Virus record (IMG/VR): IMGVR_UViG_3300006105_001031
Coordinates: 1 to 64,000 of that record
DNA length: 64,000 nt
Reading direction: 5' to 3' (one strand)
Source of the DNA: an uncultured virus (IMG/VR IMGVR_UViG_3300006105_001031)
Taxonomy: Duplodnaviria > Heunggongvirae > Uroviricota > Caudoviricetes
The notes beneath the pieces are model-generated. The model had not been told where the DNA came from. It did not search any database and worked only from the letters and a program-made list of their open reading frames with translations. Position 1 is the first letter of the stretch, and every line of letters begins with the position of its first letter. Positions 40,690 through 49,407 of the stretch are shown one piece after another. A program made the position numbers and the translations under genes.

Positions 40690-41291
40690 GTGAAAAAGTG
40701 ATTAAGGTGTCAAAAAAAGCACTAAAGAAAAGTCAGCCGCATTACGTAGATAACAAGAAGCTCTACGGATATATGATTCATTATATCAATGAGTATCGTG
40801 ATGCAAAAGAAAACAATAAGCCGCTTCCCAGAATCCCAGAATATGTTGGCGATTGTATTTTAAAGATTGCCACAAAATTATCATACAAACATAACTTTAT
40901 ATCATATACATATAAAGAGGAGATGATTGGAGACGGGATAGAAAATTGCATCGCATACATGCACAATTTTAACCCTGACAAAAGCAATAATCCATTTGCC
41001 TATTTCACTATGATCATATATAATGCCTTTTTGCATAGGATCGCTAAAGAGCACAGACAGACTTACGTCAAATACAAGATATTCGAGAATATGGATATCA
41101 TGGATGAACTGACCGAGTTTGTTAATAGTGAAACAAGCAAAACTGCTATAAAAGGGTCATCTTCTCATACAGTAGATCATACTGAACGAATGGGCAAATT
41201 TGTTTCTGATTATGAAACAAAGCTCAAAAACAAAAAAACCCCAAAGAAAAAAGGGTTAGATGTATTTGTAGAGGATAATGAAGATGGCTAA
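40683..41291 (+). CDS. gp55: Late-transcription sigma factor gp55
   Basis: HYVDNK; IPEYVGDCILKIA; NFISYTYKEEMIGDGIENC; NPFAYFT.IIYNAF. Confidence 0.95.
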   Translation: MSSEKVIKVSKKALKKSQPHYVDNKKLYGYMIHYINEYRDAKENNKPLPRIPEYVGDCILKIATKLSYKHNFISYTYKEEMIGDGIENCIAYMHNFNPDKSNNPFAYFTMIIYNAFLHRIAKEHRQTYVKYKIFENMDIMDELTEFVNSETSKTAIKGSSSHTVDHTERMGKFVSDYETKLKNKKTPKKKGLDVFVEDNEDG

Positions 41292-41478
41292 AGATATTAT
41301 TATTCCAGCGCCAGTTGCTGATATGATCAGTAAGCTGAACGACAAAAGCGCGCCGGAACACATTAGATTTAATTATAGAACTTCGCTTGAAAACATCGCT
41401 GATTTCTGCAAGCGAAATGTTGATAGTTTTGACAAAGAGTTAGAACTAAAACAAATGAAGCGCAGAATCAAATATTGA
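41278..41478 (+). CDS. Hypothetical protein
   Basis: 66-aa ORF filling the gp55-gp47 gap, with RBS GAGG (start may be 41284). Confidence 0.6.
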   Translation: MKMAKDIIIPAPVADMISKLNDKSAPEHIRFNYRTSLENIADFCKRNVDSFDKELELKQMKRRIKY

Positions 41479-41491
41479 TTGGGACTATATT

Positions 41492-42553
41492 ATGAAAGTA
41501 TTGTTGATTACTGACCAACACTTCGGTATTCGTAATGATAATGTTGCTTTTCTGGATTACTACGAGAAGTTTTATGAAAACGTAGTATTTCCATATATTG
41601 ATGAGAATAAGATAGACACTGTTATTGATTTGGGTGATACGTTTGAGCGTAGGAAGTTCGTCAACTTTTTTACGCTATCGCGCTCGAAAGAAATGTGGTT
41701 TGATCAACTAGAATCGCGCAATATTAATTACTATTATATCGTTGGTAATCACACGGCGTATTTCAAAAATACTATTTCTGTTAACACACCTGAGCTTGTG
41801 TTCAGTCGATATAAGAACTTTCATATTATTCAAAGTCCGCAAGTCGTTAATATCGGTGGCCTTGATATTGTTTTGATGCCTTGGATCTGCCAAGACAATC
41901 AAGAAGATGCTATGAAACTTATTGACGAAACTCGCGCTCAAATGATGTTTGGTCATCTTGAGATTGTTGGGTTTGAGATGCACAGAGGGGTTTATGTCTC
42001 TCACGGATTAGAGTCTTATGTCTTTAATAAGTTTGAATTGGTGGCTTCTGGACACCTGCATCATAGATCTTCTCGTGGCAATATCCACTATCTGGGATGC
42101 CCCTATGAAATGGACTGGTCTGACTACGGCGACCAAAAAGGCTTTCATATTTTCGATACCGAAACTCGGGACTTGACTTTTGTGCCAAACCCATATATTA
42201 TGTTCCATAAGGTGTACTACGATGACGCTGGACACTCTTCTTCGAGTATACTAGATTTTGATGCGGAAGCCTATCGCAATACGTATGTGAAGGTTATTGT
42301 TAAAGAAAAGACCAACCATTATTGGTTTGACTTGTTTCTTGATAAACTAGAAGCGTCTGATCCTTTGAACATAGAAGTTGTTGAAAGTGATATTAATCTT
42401 GCTCTAGAAGATGAAAGCGATGTCGTTGATGGCGCTGAAGACACTATGTCTTTTTTGAAGAAATATGTTACCAACATTGATGCTGATATTGATAAGAACT
42501 CGTTAAGCCTTTTGTTGACGGATCTTTACAGCGAGGCTCTTTCGTTAGAATAG
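41492..42553 (+). CDS. gp47: Recombination nuclease gp47 (Mre11/SbcD-like)
   Basis: ITDQHFG; LGDTF; VGNH; FGHLE; SGHLHH metallophosphoesterase motifs. Confidence 0.95.
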   Translation: MKVLLITDQHFGIRNDNVAFLDYYEKFYENVVFPYIDENKIDTVIDLGDTFERRKFVNFFTLSRSKEMWFDQLESRNINYYYIVGNHTAYFKNTISVNTPELVFSRYKNFHIIQSPQVVNIGGLDIVLMPWICQDNQEDAMKLIDETRAQMMFGHLEIVGFEMHRGVYVSHGLESYVFNKFELVASGHLHHRSSRGNIHYLGCPYEMDWSDYGDQKGFHIFDTETRDLTFVPNPYIMFHKVYYDDAGHSSSSILDFDAEAYRNTYVKVIVKEKTNHYWFDLFLDKLEASDPLNIEVVESDINLALEDESDVVDGAEDTMSFLKKYVTNIDADIDKNSLSLLLTDLYSEALSLE

Positions 42554-42560
42554 GAATAGC

Positions 42561-44279
42561 ATGGCAATTACATTTAAAAAAGTTCGGTGGATGAATTTAC
42601 TCTCCACCGGAAATACATTTACAGAAATTGATATCGATACGCACCCTATGACTTTGATTGTCGGTCATAACGGGTCAGGTAAAAGCACATTCATCGACGC
42701 TATCTCTTTTGCTCTTTATGGAAAACCGTTCCGTAAAATTAATAAGCCTCAGCTTATTAACAGCATCAATGCCAAGAATCTTCTTTGTGAGATTGAATTC
42801 AGTATTAATTCTAATGAGTATCTAGTTCGTCGTGGTATGCGACCTAATATTTTTGAAATCATTCAAAACGGCACCTTGGTAAATCAGGATGCTGCAACTA
42901 GAGACTATCAGGAATATCTTGAGAAACATATTCTGCGGATGAATCATAAGTCGTTCACTCAAATTGTTACTTTGGGTTCTTCGACTTATGTTCCGTTCAT
43001 GCAAATGCCTGCACACGCTCGTCGTGAATTTAATGAAAATCTTCTAGACATTCAGATTTTCTCGACGATGTATTCTTTGCTGAAAGATAAACTATCTGAA
43101 AATAAAGGCAATATCATTGATGTGAAGTATAAAGCTACCTTAGCTCAGGAAAAGATTGATATGCAAAATAAGCATATCTTGAGTCTTAAGCAAAGTAGTG
43201 ATAAAATAATTGAAGGCAAGAAAACTCTCATTCAGAATATGAGAGACTCTATTTCTGATCTGGTTGAGCAAAATCGTTTGCTGAATACACAAGTCGAAGA
43301 ACTTGAGCTTTCGGTAAATGATGAGGCGGCTCTTTCTAAGAAACAGACTTCATTGCTTCAACTAGAAAAGCAAATGGAAACTCGCCAATCTAAGTTGCAA
43401 AAGGAAATCGCGTTTTTCCGAGAGAATGATAGCTGTCCTACTTGTAAGCAAAGTATTGATGACACGTTCAAAGCGGATAGCGTTTCCGATCGCGAAAGAA
43501 AAGAACACGAACTGTGTGATGCTTTAACTAAACTCGAAGAGGAATACAATGCGGTTTCTCTGAGGTTGGCTGATATCAAAGAAGTTCGTGATAAAATAAT
43601 TGATCTTTGGTCGACTATTAATACAAACAATAATCAAGTTGATTTTATCCAAAAGCAAATTCAGCTTGAAGAATCTGAAGTGACCAAGGTTCAGGGAGAT
43701 GATGATACCATTAAAGAAGAAACTGCTAAACTCGTAGAACTTCAAAACCAATTGGTTGAATACACAGCAGAAACTGAAACCCTTATAAAACAAAAGTCAA
43801 CTCTCGATCTAGCTTCTGTACTACTAAAGGATAGTGGTATCAAAGCAAAAATTATTAAGCAATACGTTCCTATCATGAATAAATTGATTAATAAATACTT
43901 GACCGCAATGGACTTCTTTGTCCAATTCGAACTGGATGAAAACTTCAATGAAAAAATTAGGTCAAGACATAGAGACGACTTCTCCTACGAGTCCTTTAGC
44001 GAAGGCGAAAAATGCCGCATTGATCTTGCTCTTATGCTATGTTGGCGTACAATCTCTAAGCTCAGAAATAGCAATAGCACAAATCTATTGGTCATGGACG
44101 AAATCTTCGATGGGGCGCTTGATGCAACGGGTTCGGAAGAGTTCATGAAGATTCTTAAGACTCTTCTGGGCGACTCCAATATCTTTATTATTTCGCATAA
44201 GACTGAAAACATTAGTGATAAATTTGGCCGAATTCTTAAGTTCGATAAGGTCAAGAATTTTTCGAGGATGTCAGTATGA
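42561..44279 (+). CDS. gp46: Recombination ATPase gp46 (Rad50/SbcC-like)
   Basis: GHNGSGKST; CPTCKQ zinc hook; FSEGEK signature; LVMDEIFD; IISH. Confidence 0.96.
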   Translation: MAITFKKVRWMNLLSTGNTFTEIDIDTHPMTLIVGHNGSGKSTFIDAISFALYGKPFRKINKPQLINSINAKNLLCEIEFSINSNEYLVRRGMRPNIFEIIQNGTLVNQDAATRDYQEYLEKHILRMNHKSFTQIVTLGSSTYVPFMQMPAHARREFNENLLDIQIFSTMYSLLKDKLSENKGNIIDVKYKATLAQEKIDMQNKHILSLKQSSDKIIEGKKTLIQNMRDSISDLVEQNRLLNTQVEELELSVNDEAALSKKQTSLLQLEKQMETRQSKLQKEIAFFRENDSCPTCKQSIDDTFKADSVSDRERKEHELCDALTKLEEEYNAVSLRLADIKEVRDKIIDLWSTINTNNNQVDFIQKQIQLEESEVTKVQGDDDTIKEETAKLVELQNQLVEYTAETETLIKQKSTLDLASVLLKDSGIKAKIIKQYVPIMNKLINKYLTAMDFFVQFELDENFNEKIRSRHRDDFSYESFSEGEKCRIDLALMLCWRTISKLRNSNSTNLLVMDEIFDGALDATGSEEFMKILKTLLGDSNIFIISHKTENISDKFGRILKFDKVKNFSRMSV

Positions 44280-44485
44280 CAAAATATTCTTATGTTGAGC
44301 CGAATGAAGACGGTAATCCTGTAGAATTTGTTTATGATGAAGCTGAGATTTTATTTGAATACTGGCCGTATTGGAAAGAACGAATGGTTAAAAAGTATGG
44401 CGAAGGCCATGAATTAATTACAGAAGAAAACTGTATTGAAGACTGGGTAACAGTCAATTGGGCTACGGAGATTAAAAATGACTAA
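44276..44485 (+). CDS. Hypothetical protein
   Basis: 69 aa, overlaps both neighbours; EYWPYW..M..CIEDWVTVNWA. Confidence 0.65.
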   Translation: MTKYSYVEPNEDGNPVEFVYDEAEILFEYWPYWKERMVKKYGEGHELITEENCIEDWVTVNWATEIKND

Positions 44486-44855
44486 TTTTGAAAAAGGTAA
44501 AGAGTTCATGGAAAAGTTTGGCCAAAAGATTGCAACCAAGCCAAAGTTTCCTAGCAATGATGTTGTAGAACTTCGTTACGAATTAATTCGTGAAGAACTA
44601 GAGGAGCTAAAAGATGCTATCAAAGATAAAGACATCGTTGAGGTTGCCGATGCTCTCACTGATATTTTGTACGTCACTTACGGAGCAGGTCTTGCTTTTG
44701 GTATTGATCTTGATAAGTGTTATGCTGAAGTGCATCGGAGTAATATGACCAAACTGGGCGAAGATGGAAAGCCTGTTTATCGTGAAGATGGCAAGATTAA
44801 AAAGGGTCCAAATTACGAACGTCCTAATCTTAGAAAAGTTTTGGGAGTTAAGTAA
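44478..44855 (+). CDS. MazG-like/PRA-PH family NTP pyrophosphohydrolase
   Basis: LIREELEEL..EVADALTDILYVTYG..EVHRSNMTK..REDGKIKKG. Confidence 0.88.
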   Translation: MTNFEKGKEFMEKFGQKIATKPKFPSNDVVELRYELIREELEELKDAIKDKDIVEVADALTDILYVTYGAGLAFGIDLDKCYAEVHRSNMTKLGEDGKPVYREDGKIKKGPNYERPNLRKVLGVK

Positions 44856-45376
44856 TGAATCTTGAGCTTGTTTCTCATAATGATCCTATTTTAAAGACTC
44901 CGGCTCAAAGGTTTAACTTTGATAATCCTCCTTTTGACCCCATGGAATTTTCCATTGAGCTGATCAAAAAGATGAAAGAACATCGTGGTCTTGGTCTTGC
45001 TGCTCCACAGGTTGGTTATCCTTATCAGATTTTTGCAATGATTGGAGAAACTCCTATTGTGGCGTTTAATCCTAAGATTGTTGAGGTTTCTTCTGAGACA
45101 ATTAAAATGGAAGAAAGCTGTCTATCATATCCTAAGTTGATTGTTAAGATCAAGCGTCCTAGAATGATCAAAGTGCGATTTGCTTTTCCTGATGGATATA
45201 TCAAAACACACACATTTGATGGTATGACGGCAAGAGTATTCCTTCATGAATACGATCATCTTATTGGTAAATGCCATCTTGACCGTGCAGAGTCGTTAGA
45301 TAAAGAACGGGCCAAGAAAGATTGGAAAAAACTGCAGCGTATGCGAAAAGCAGTTGACAAGTTTGTAACTTTATAG
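44855..45376 (+). CDS. def: Peptide deformylase
   Basis: GLGLAAPQVG; EESCLS (EGCLS variant); HEYDHL.G. Confidence 0.9.
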   Translation: MNLELVSHNDPILKTPAQRFNFDNPPFDPMEFSIELIKKMKEHRGLGLAAPQVGYPYQIFAMIGETPIVAFNPKIVEVSSETIKMEESCLSYPKLIVKIKRPRMIKVRFAFPDGYIKTHTFDGMTARVFLHEYDHLIGKCHLDRAESLDKERAKKDWKKLQRMRKAVDKFVTL

Positions 45377-45382
45377 TATACT
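45354..45382 (+). promoter_or_regulatory. Sigma70-type promoter heading the modification cluster
   Basis: TTGACA(45354)-N17-TATACT(45377). Confidence 0.8.
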
Positions 45383-45407
45383 TGTTGCTCGTTATTTGGA
45401 GATTATT

Positions 45408-46745
45408 ATGAAAGACTGCGTGAAAGACTGCGACCGTCCTTGCACTTCTTTGTCAGTAAAAACAATTTATATTGATCAAAAGATTCCTAGCGATCATCTT
45501 ATCGGCAGCTTTGTTGATGAGAGCCATTATGATGTCTTATTGACAGAAGATACTGACGTTTATGGTCCTTCTCTTGATGGAAGCATGACTGAAGATAATA
45601 TTATCCTGAAATTTCGTAAGAACGTTTTTACTCAAGAAGAACTTTACCTTTGTTATGAAGGTCTGATTGGTGCTGCCTCTGAATCGCAGAATCGCGGTAT
45701 GGCTGCTGGCCCTCGCGGTGAAATGCTTTCTGCTTCTGGTCGAGGTGGTCGTGAGTGGGTTTCTAATTATCAGATTGATGTTCTTGAATATCTCACCAGA
45801 ACTAACGTTTCTGTGTTTGATGATGAAAGTCTAGAATCTATCAAGATTAAACATCAAAAGAAAGAGCCTGATCAGACTCGTGGTTGCGTGTGGTTGCGCA
45901 GTGAAGTCTGTAAAGATCATGATCCTTATTTTGGATGGTTTGATCGTTGGGTTGAGGGTCTAAGCAATAAACATGAAGACACTCGCCGAGCGGAAGCCAA
46001 GTATATTCTTGACAATTATATTTCGGAAACTAACTACGCACAAACTGTTATGTCTGGCGTTGCTGGATATTATTCTCGGTATCCTAGAATTCCTTATAAG
46101 CGAGCAACTGCTTTTACTGAAAAGAATCCGCAGGATTTCGAAAAGAGCTTTCCGTATTTGAAGAAGCTGAATCATTGTTTCAGCCAACTTCTTCCGCAGC
46201 GTTGGGGCAACCAAAGAGCAGCTGCAGATAAACTTGATCCTAACTTTTTGATTTCTGATACTGTATTCACTACTCTTACAGTGAATCACAATTTCCGCAC
46301 CGCCGCGCACCTCGATGCGGGCGATCTTGCGTCAGGATTCTCGAACCTATCCGGTCTTGGTGCTGGTTGGGAAGGCGCGGAACTTATCCTCCCTGAATAT
46401 CGTGCAGCAGTAAAACTAGAGCCTGGTGATCTTCTCCTTGTGGCAAACCATACTGCTATCCATGGTAATGCAGAAATTCGGGGCGAGAATCCTGATCGTA
46501 TGACTATTGTTGCATACTTCCGTGAAGATATGCTTGAACCTGGAAGTTGGGAATATGAACAGCTTCGTAAGAAGTTTGTTGATTCCCGCAGACTTAATAA
46601 AGACCATCCCCTTCAGCGTAAACTTTGGAATGGTGTGAGTCCTGGTATGTGGGACGAGCAAGAATGGTTTGACTACCTTGCTGCGCACGGTATGACTGAT
46701 CCTTATGACAAGAGTACAGCAGGTTCTCTAGAAAGTTTCTTTTAA
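45408..46745 (+). CDS. TET/JBP-like 2-oxoglutarate/Fe(II) dioxygenase
   Basis: TVFTTLTVNHNFRTAAHLDAGD (HxD), PGDLLL..H..IHGN (distal H), RMTIVAYFRE (2OG-binding R); start ATG 45408 after GGAG. Confidence 0.8.
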   Translation: MKDCVKDCDRPCTSLSVKTIYIDQKIPSDHLIGSFVDESHYDVLLTEDTDVYGPSLDGSMTEDNIILKFRKNVFTQEELYLCYEGLIGAASESQNRGMAAGPRGEMLSASGRGGREWVSNYQIDVLEYLTRTNVSVFDDESLESIKIKHQKKEPDQTRGCVWLRSEVCKDHDPYFGWFDRWVEGLSNKHEDTRRAEAKYILDNYISETNYAQTVMSGVAGYYSRYPRIPYKRATAFTEKNPQDFEKSFPYLKKLNHCFSQLLPQRWGNQRAAADKLDPNFLISDTVFTTLTVNHNFRTAAHLDAGDLASGFSNLSGLGAGWEGAELILPEYRAAVKLEPGDLLLVANHTAIHGNAEIRGENPDRMTIVAYFREDMLEPGSWEYEQLRKKFVDSRRLNKDHPLQRKLWNGVSPGMWDEQEWFDYLAAHGMTDPYDKSTAGSLESFF

Positions 46746-47437
46746 TGTGTGGTATTATCGGCGCTTATATTTCTGATCCAACTGAAGCCGATTTTACTAC
46801 TATCAGAAATATTTTTATTGAATCTCGGATCAGAGGTAAACACGCTACAGGTCTTTCATATATCAAAGATGGACAAATTTGGACAGAGCGAACTGCTCTT
46901 CCTGCTGATGAATTTGCTGAAACTTATGAGTTTGAGCAACTAGTAAATGAAGATGGAAATATATGCTTTGTTGGACATTGCAGATATTCCACTTCTGACT
47001 TGTTGTATAATCAGCCTCTAGAAACTTCTCAGATTTCGTTAGTCCATAATGGTGTCATATCTCAAGAACTTCCTGAGCGATGGGAAGAGCTTTATGGATA
47101 TAAGTGTAATACTAAAAATGATTCTGAACTCTTACTAAAAAGTTTGGCTGAAGGTAAAAGTCCTTTTATTTGGGAAGATGCTTCTATTTCTGGTGCTGTA
47201 TTGTCTTTGTATAATAAACAAGTATCTTTTTTTAGAAACGGTAAGCGTCCTTTGTATTATTCATATAAGCCTAAGAGTGTTGTTTTTGCATCGACTAAAG
47301 ACATTTTACATCGTGCCGGAGTTTCTGGAATTGCTGAAGCAAAACCTTATGTTACATACTTTATGAACGATGTTAGTTTTTTGATAGAACGACACGAAGT
47401 TGATATTGTACGAAAGAAAGATTTACAACATGTATAA
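46745..47437 (+). CDS. Class II (Ntn) glutamine amidotransferase
   Basis: N-terminal MCGIIG; RG.HATG; GHCRYST..NQP; HNGVI; NDSE; RPL. Confidence 0.9.
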   Translation: MCGIIGAYISDPTEADFTTIRNIFIESRIRGKHATGLSYIKDGQIWTERTALPADEFAETYEFEQLVNEDGNICFVGHCRYSTSDLLYNQPLETSQISLVHNGVISQELPERWEELYGYKCNTKNDSELLLKSLAEGKSPFIWEDASISGAVLSLYNKQVSFFRNGKRPLYYSYKPKSVVFASTKDILHRAGVSGIAEAKPYVTYFMNDVSFLIERHEVDIVRKKDLQHV

Positions 47438-48302
47438 CACTAAAGACTATACTTGGGGATATGAAATTGAATGGGGTGATATTGATCGCTCTATTAGTAT
47501 TCCAGAAAACTTAGGAAAGTGGGAATACGCTGAAACTGATATTGTGAATATCCACGGCGATTACAAGTATATTGCGTGTGATCCGCTAGGTCTAGAACCT
47601 CCTATGGGTGGAGAAATAAACACCAAGCCTACTAAAACTTGGCAAGAACAGGTTGATCGTATTCTAGAAATTAAAAAGATATTTGAAGATCACGGTAATA
47701 CTCCATCATCTTCTTGTGTTAATCATGGCCATCTTCATGTATTTGTTCCTGGCCTTAAAGATGATCTTGATGCACTAAAGAGACTGGTTTCTTATATCAA
47801 GAAGAATCAAGAAGCTACCATTGCTGCTTGTTATCAGTTTGAAGATCGTGTAGATATGAAGGGATTCAAGAATGCCAAAACATATCTAAAATATGATGGC
47901 GGTCGTGTTATGCCTGAATATATGTGTGACAACATCATTAACATGGCCACAGACTTTAACCATTTTATCAAATTGCATGCTGCAGGTAAAGATGGTATTT
48001 CTATGGGTCGGCCTTTCCGATATGCAATCAACACATATTGCATGAAGCACACAGGAACTATTGAGTTCCGCTGTTTCCGATCAACTACTAAAAGAGAAGA
48101 ACTTGAATCTCAGTTCATATTTGCTGAGGCTTTCATTGATGCTGCTCTGAATGGTGGTGATAGTGTGGAAGATATTCTTGATAAATATGAACTGAAGTTT
48201 CCTCCATTTATTTGGAACGCTAATGAATATTCAGGATGGGTTGATACCAAATATGATAAAGAGCGTGGAGAAAAAAAGCGCGAGTTCCATGAAGTTACTT
48301 AA
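47430..48302 (+). CDS. Amidoligase (COOH-NH2 ligase, glutamate-cysteine-ligase-like fold)
   Basis: TWGYEIEW; GGEINT.P; HGHLHV; RYAIN; GTIEFR. Confidence 0.78.
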   Translation: MYNTKDYTWGYEIEWGDIDRSISIPENLGKWEYAETDIVNIHGDYKYIACDPLGLEPPMGGEINTKPTKTWQEQVDRILEIKKIFEDHGNTPSSSCVNHGHLHVFVPGLKDDLDALKRLVSYIKKNQEATIAACYQFEDRVDMKGFKNAKTYLKYDGGRVMPEYMCDNIINMATDFNHFIKLHAAGKDGISMGRPFRYAINTYCMKHTGTIEFRCFRSTTKREELESQFIFAEAFIDAALNGGDSVEDILDKYELKFPPFIWNANEYSGWVDTKYDKERGEKKREFHEVT

Positions 48303-48801
48303 TTGTAGCAAAGAACAATTTACCGCAGCCATCACTAACAAAAAAGAAGATTCGTTTGCTAAGACATTCTTAGCTAAAGCCAACATGCAAGATCAGTGGG
48401 CACATTGCACCGGAGCATGGGATGGCGACGAGTTGCTTGGAGCAATAATTGTTACAGTCAGCAAACGTGATCCAAAGGTGGCAAATCTTCAATTACTTCA
48501 CACATTCCATTCTCACAGAGGAAAGGGTGTGGGTAGAGTGCTAACTGATTACGCTTTACTGAAAGCTATGAAAATGGATGCTGTATATTTTAGAGTTTCT
48601 GCTGAACCTGATGCTGTTCCATTCTACAAAAAGTGTGGATTCAAGTTTTGGGGAAAACAGAAGTCTGGCTCTTCTTTAAGTATTTTTAAAATAGGGGGAG
48701 ACCGATACACTGATGGTATCTATGATTATGATGATGTCATCTCTTCTGCAGTAAATAGTGGAAGAAAGGGCGGCGTTGTATCAGCTATTGACTTGCAGTG
48801 A
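48289..48801 (+). CDS. GNAT family acetyltransferase
   Basis: HRGKGVGR acetyl-CoA motif A; AVPFYKKCGF motif B; start re-assigned to ATG 48289. Confidence 0.88.
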   Translation: MKLLNCSKEQFTAAITNKKEDSFAKTFLAKANMQDQWAHCTGAWDGDELLGAIIVTVSKRDPKVANLQLLHTFHSHRGKGVGRVLTDYALLKAMKMDAVYFRVSAEPDAVPFYKKCGFKFWGKQKSGSSLSIFKIGGDRYTDGIYDYDDVISSAVNSGRKGGVVSAIDLQ

Positions 48802-48816
48802 AAAATGATATAAGCT
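48788..48816 (+). promoter_or_regulatory. Sigma70-type promoter
   Basis: TTGACT(48788)-N17-TAAGCT(48811). Confidence 0.65.
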
Positions 48817-48852
48817 GCTGTTACTACTACCTACATTATGGAGAATTATTAA

Positions 48853-49407
48853 ATGATTGATAAGAGTAAAATTACGCATATTTCTGAGTGGAGAAAAATT
48901 TCTGAATTGCCTTCTTCCAACAACGTTCAGCGCAGTCTAGATTCTCAGTACGGTTCTACTGGGATTTATCAGGTGGCTGATGGTGAAGATATTGAGCTTA
49001 TCGGCGATGATCTTGTAAGCCCTCATATTGGATATATTGGCAAGAGTTCTAATATTCATGATAGAACATATAAGATTCGCCAGACTGCAAATTCAAAAAC
49101 TAACTCAAATTCTCATGGCGCAGGCACTTATATTCGCCAAAATCTAAATCCCGATAGTTGTTTTGTTCGTGTTCTTTATTGCAGCGAGGAAAATACCACT
49201 TTCATGGAAAATCTATTTCATAACGAAATGCAAAAGCATTTTGGGTACAAGTTCAAGTGGAAAGAAGCGTCGGGCGGTAAGGATGGAGAATATGTCAATG
49301 CTACTATTTTGGTTGATAAGCTCTCCAATGAAGAACGCAAAAATCTGATTATCTATGCGCAGGAAGCAATCAAAAATGACCTTTTTGCAGACTACATGAA
49401 TGCTTGA
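48853..49407 (+). CDS. GIY-YIG-like nuclease
   Basis: TGIYQV...GYIGKSSNIHDR...E (FMENLF) pattern. Confidence 0.6.
   Translation: MIDKSKITHISEWRKISELPSSNNVQRSLDSQYGSTGIYQVADGEDIELIGDDLVSPHIGYIGKSSNIHDRTYKIRQTANSKTNSNSHGAGTYIRQNLNPDSCFVRVLYCSEENTTFMENLFHNEMQKHFGYKFKWKEASGGKDGEYVNATILVDKLSNEERKNLIIYAQEAIKNDLFADYMNA

Noticed and set aside
45409..45432. 12-bp tandem duplication TGAAAGACTGCG at the dioxygenase start
   Set aside because: In-frame, only two copies; likely slippage with no evident function
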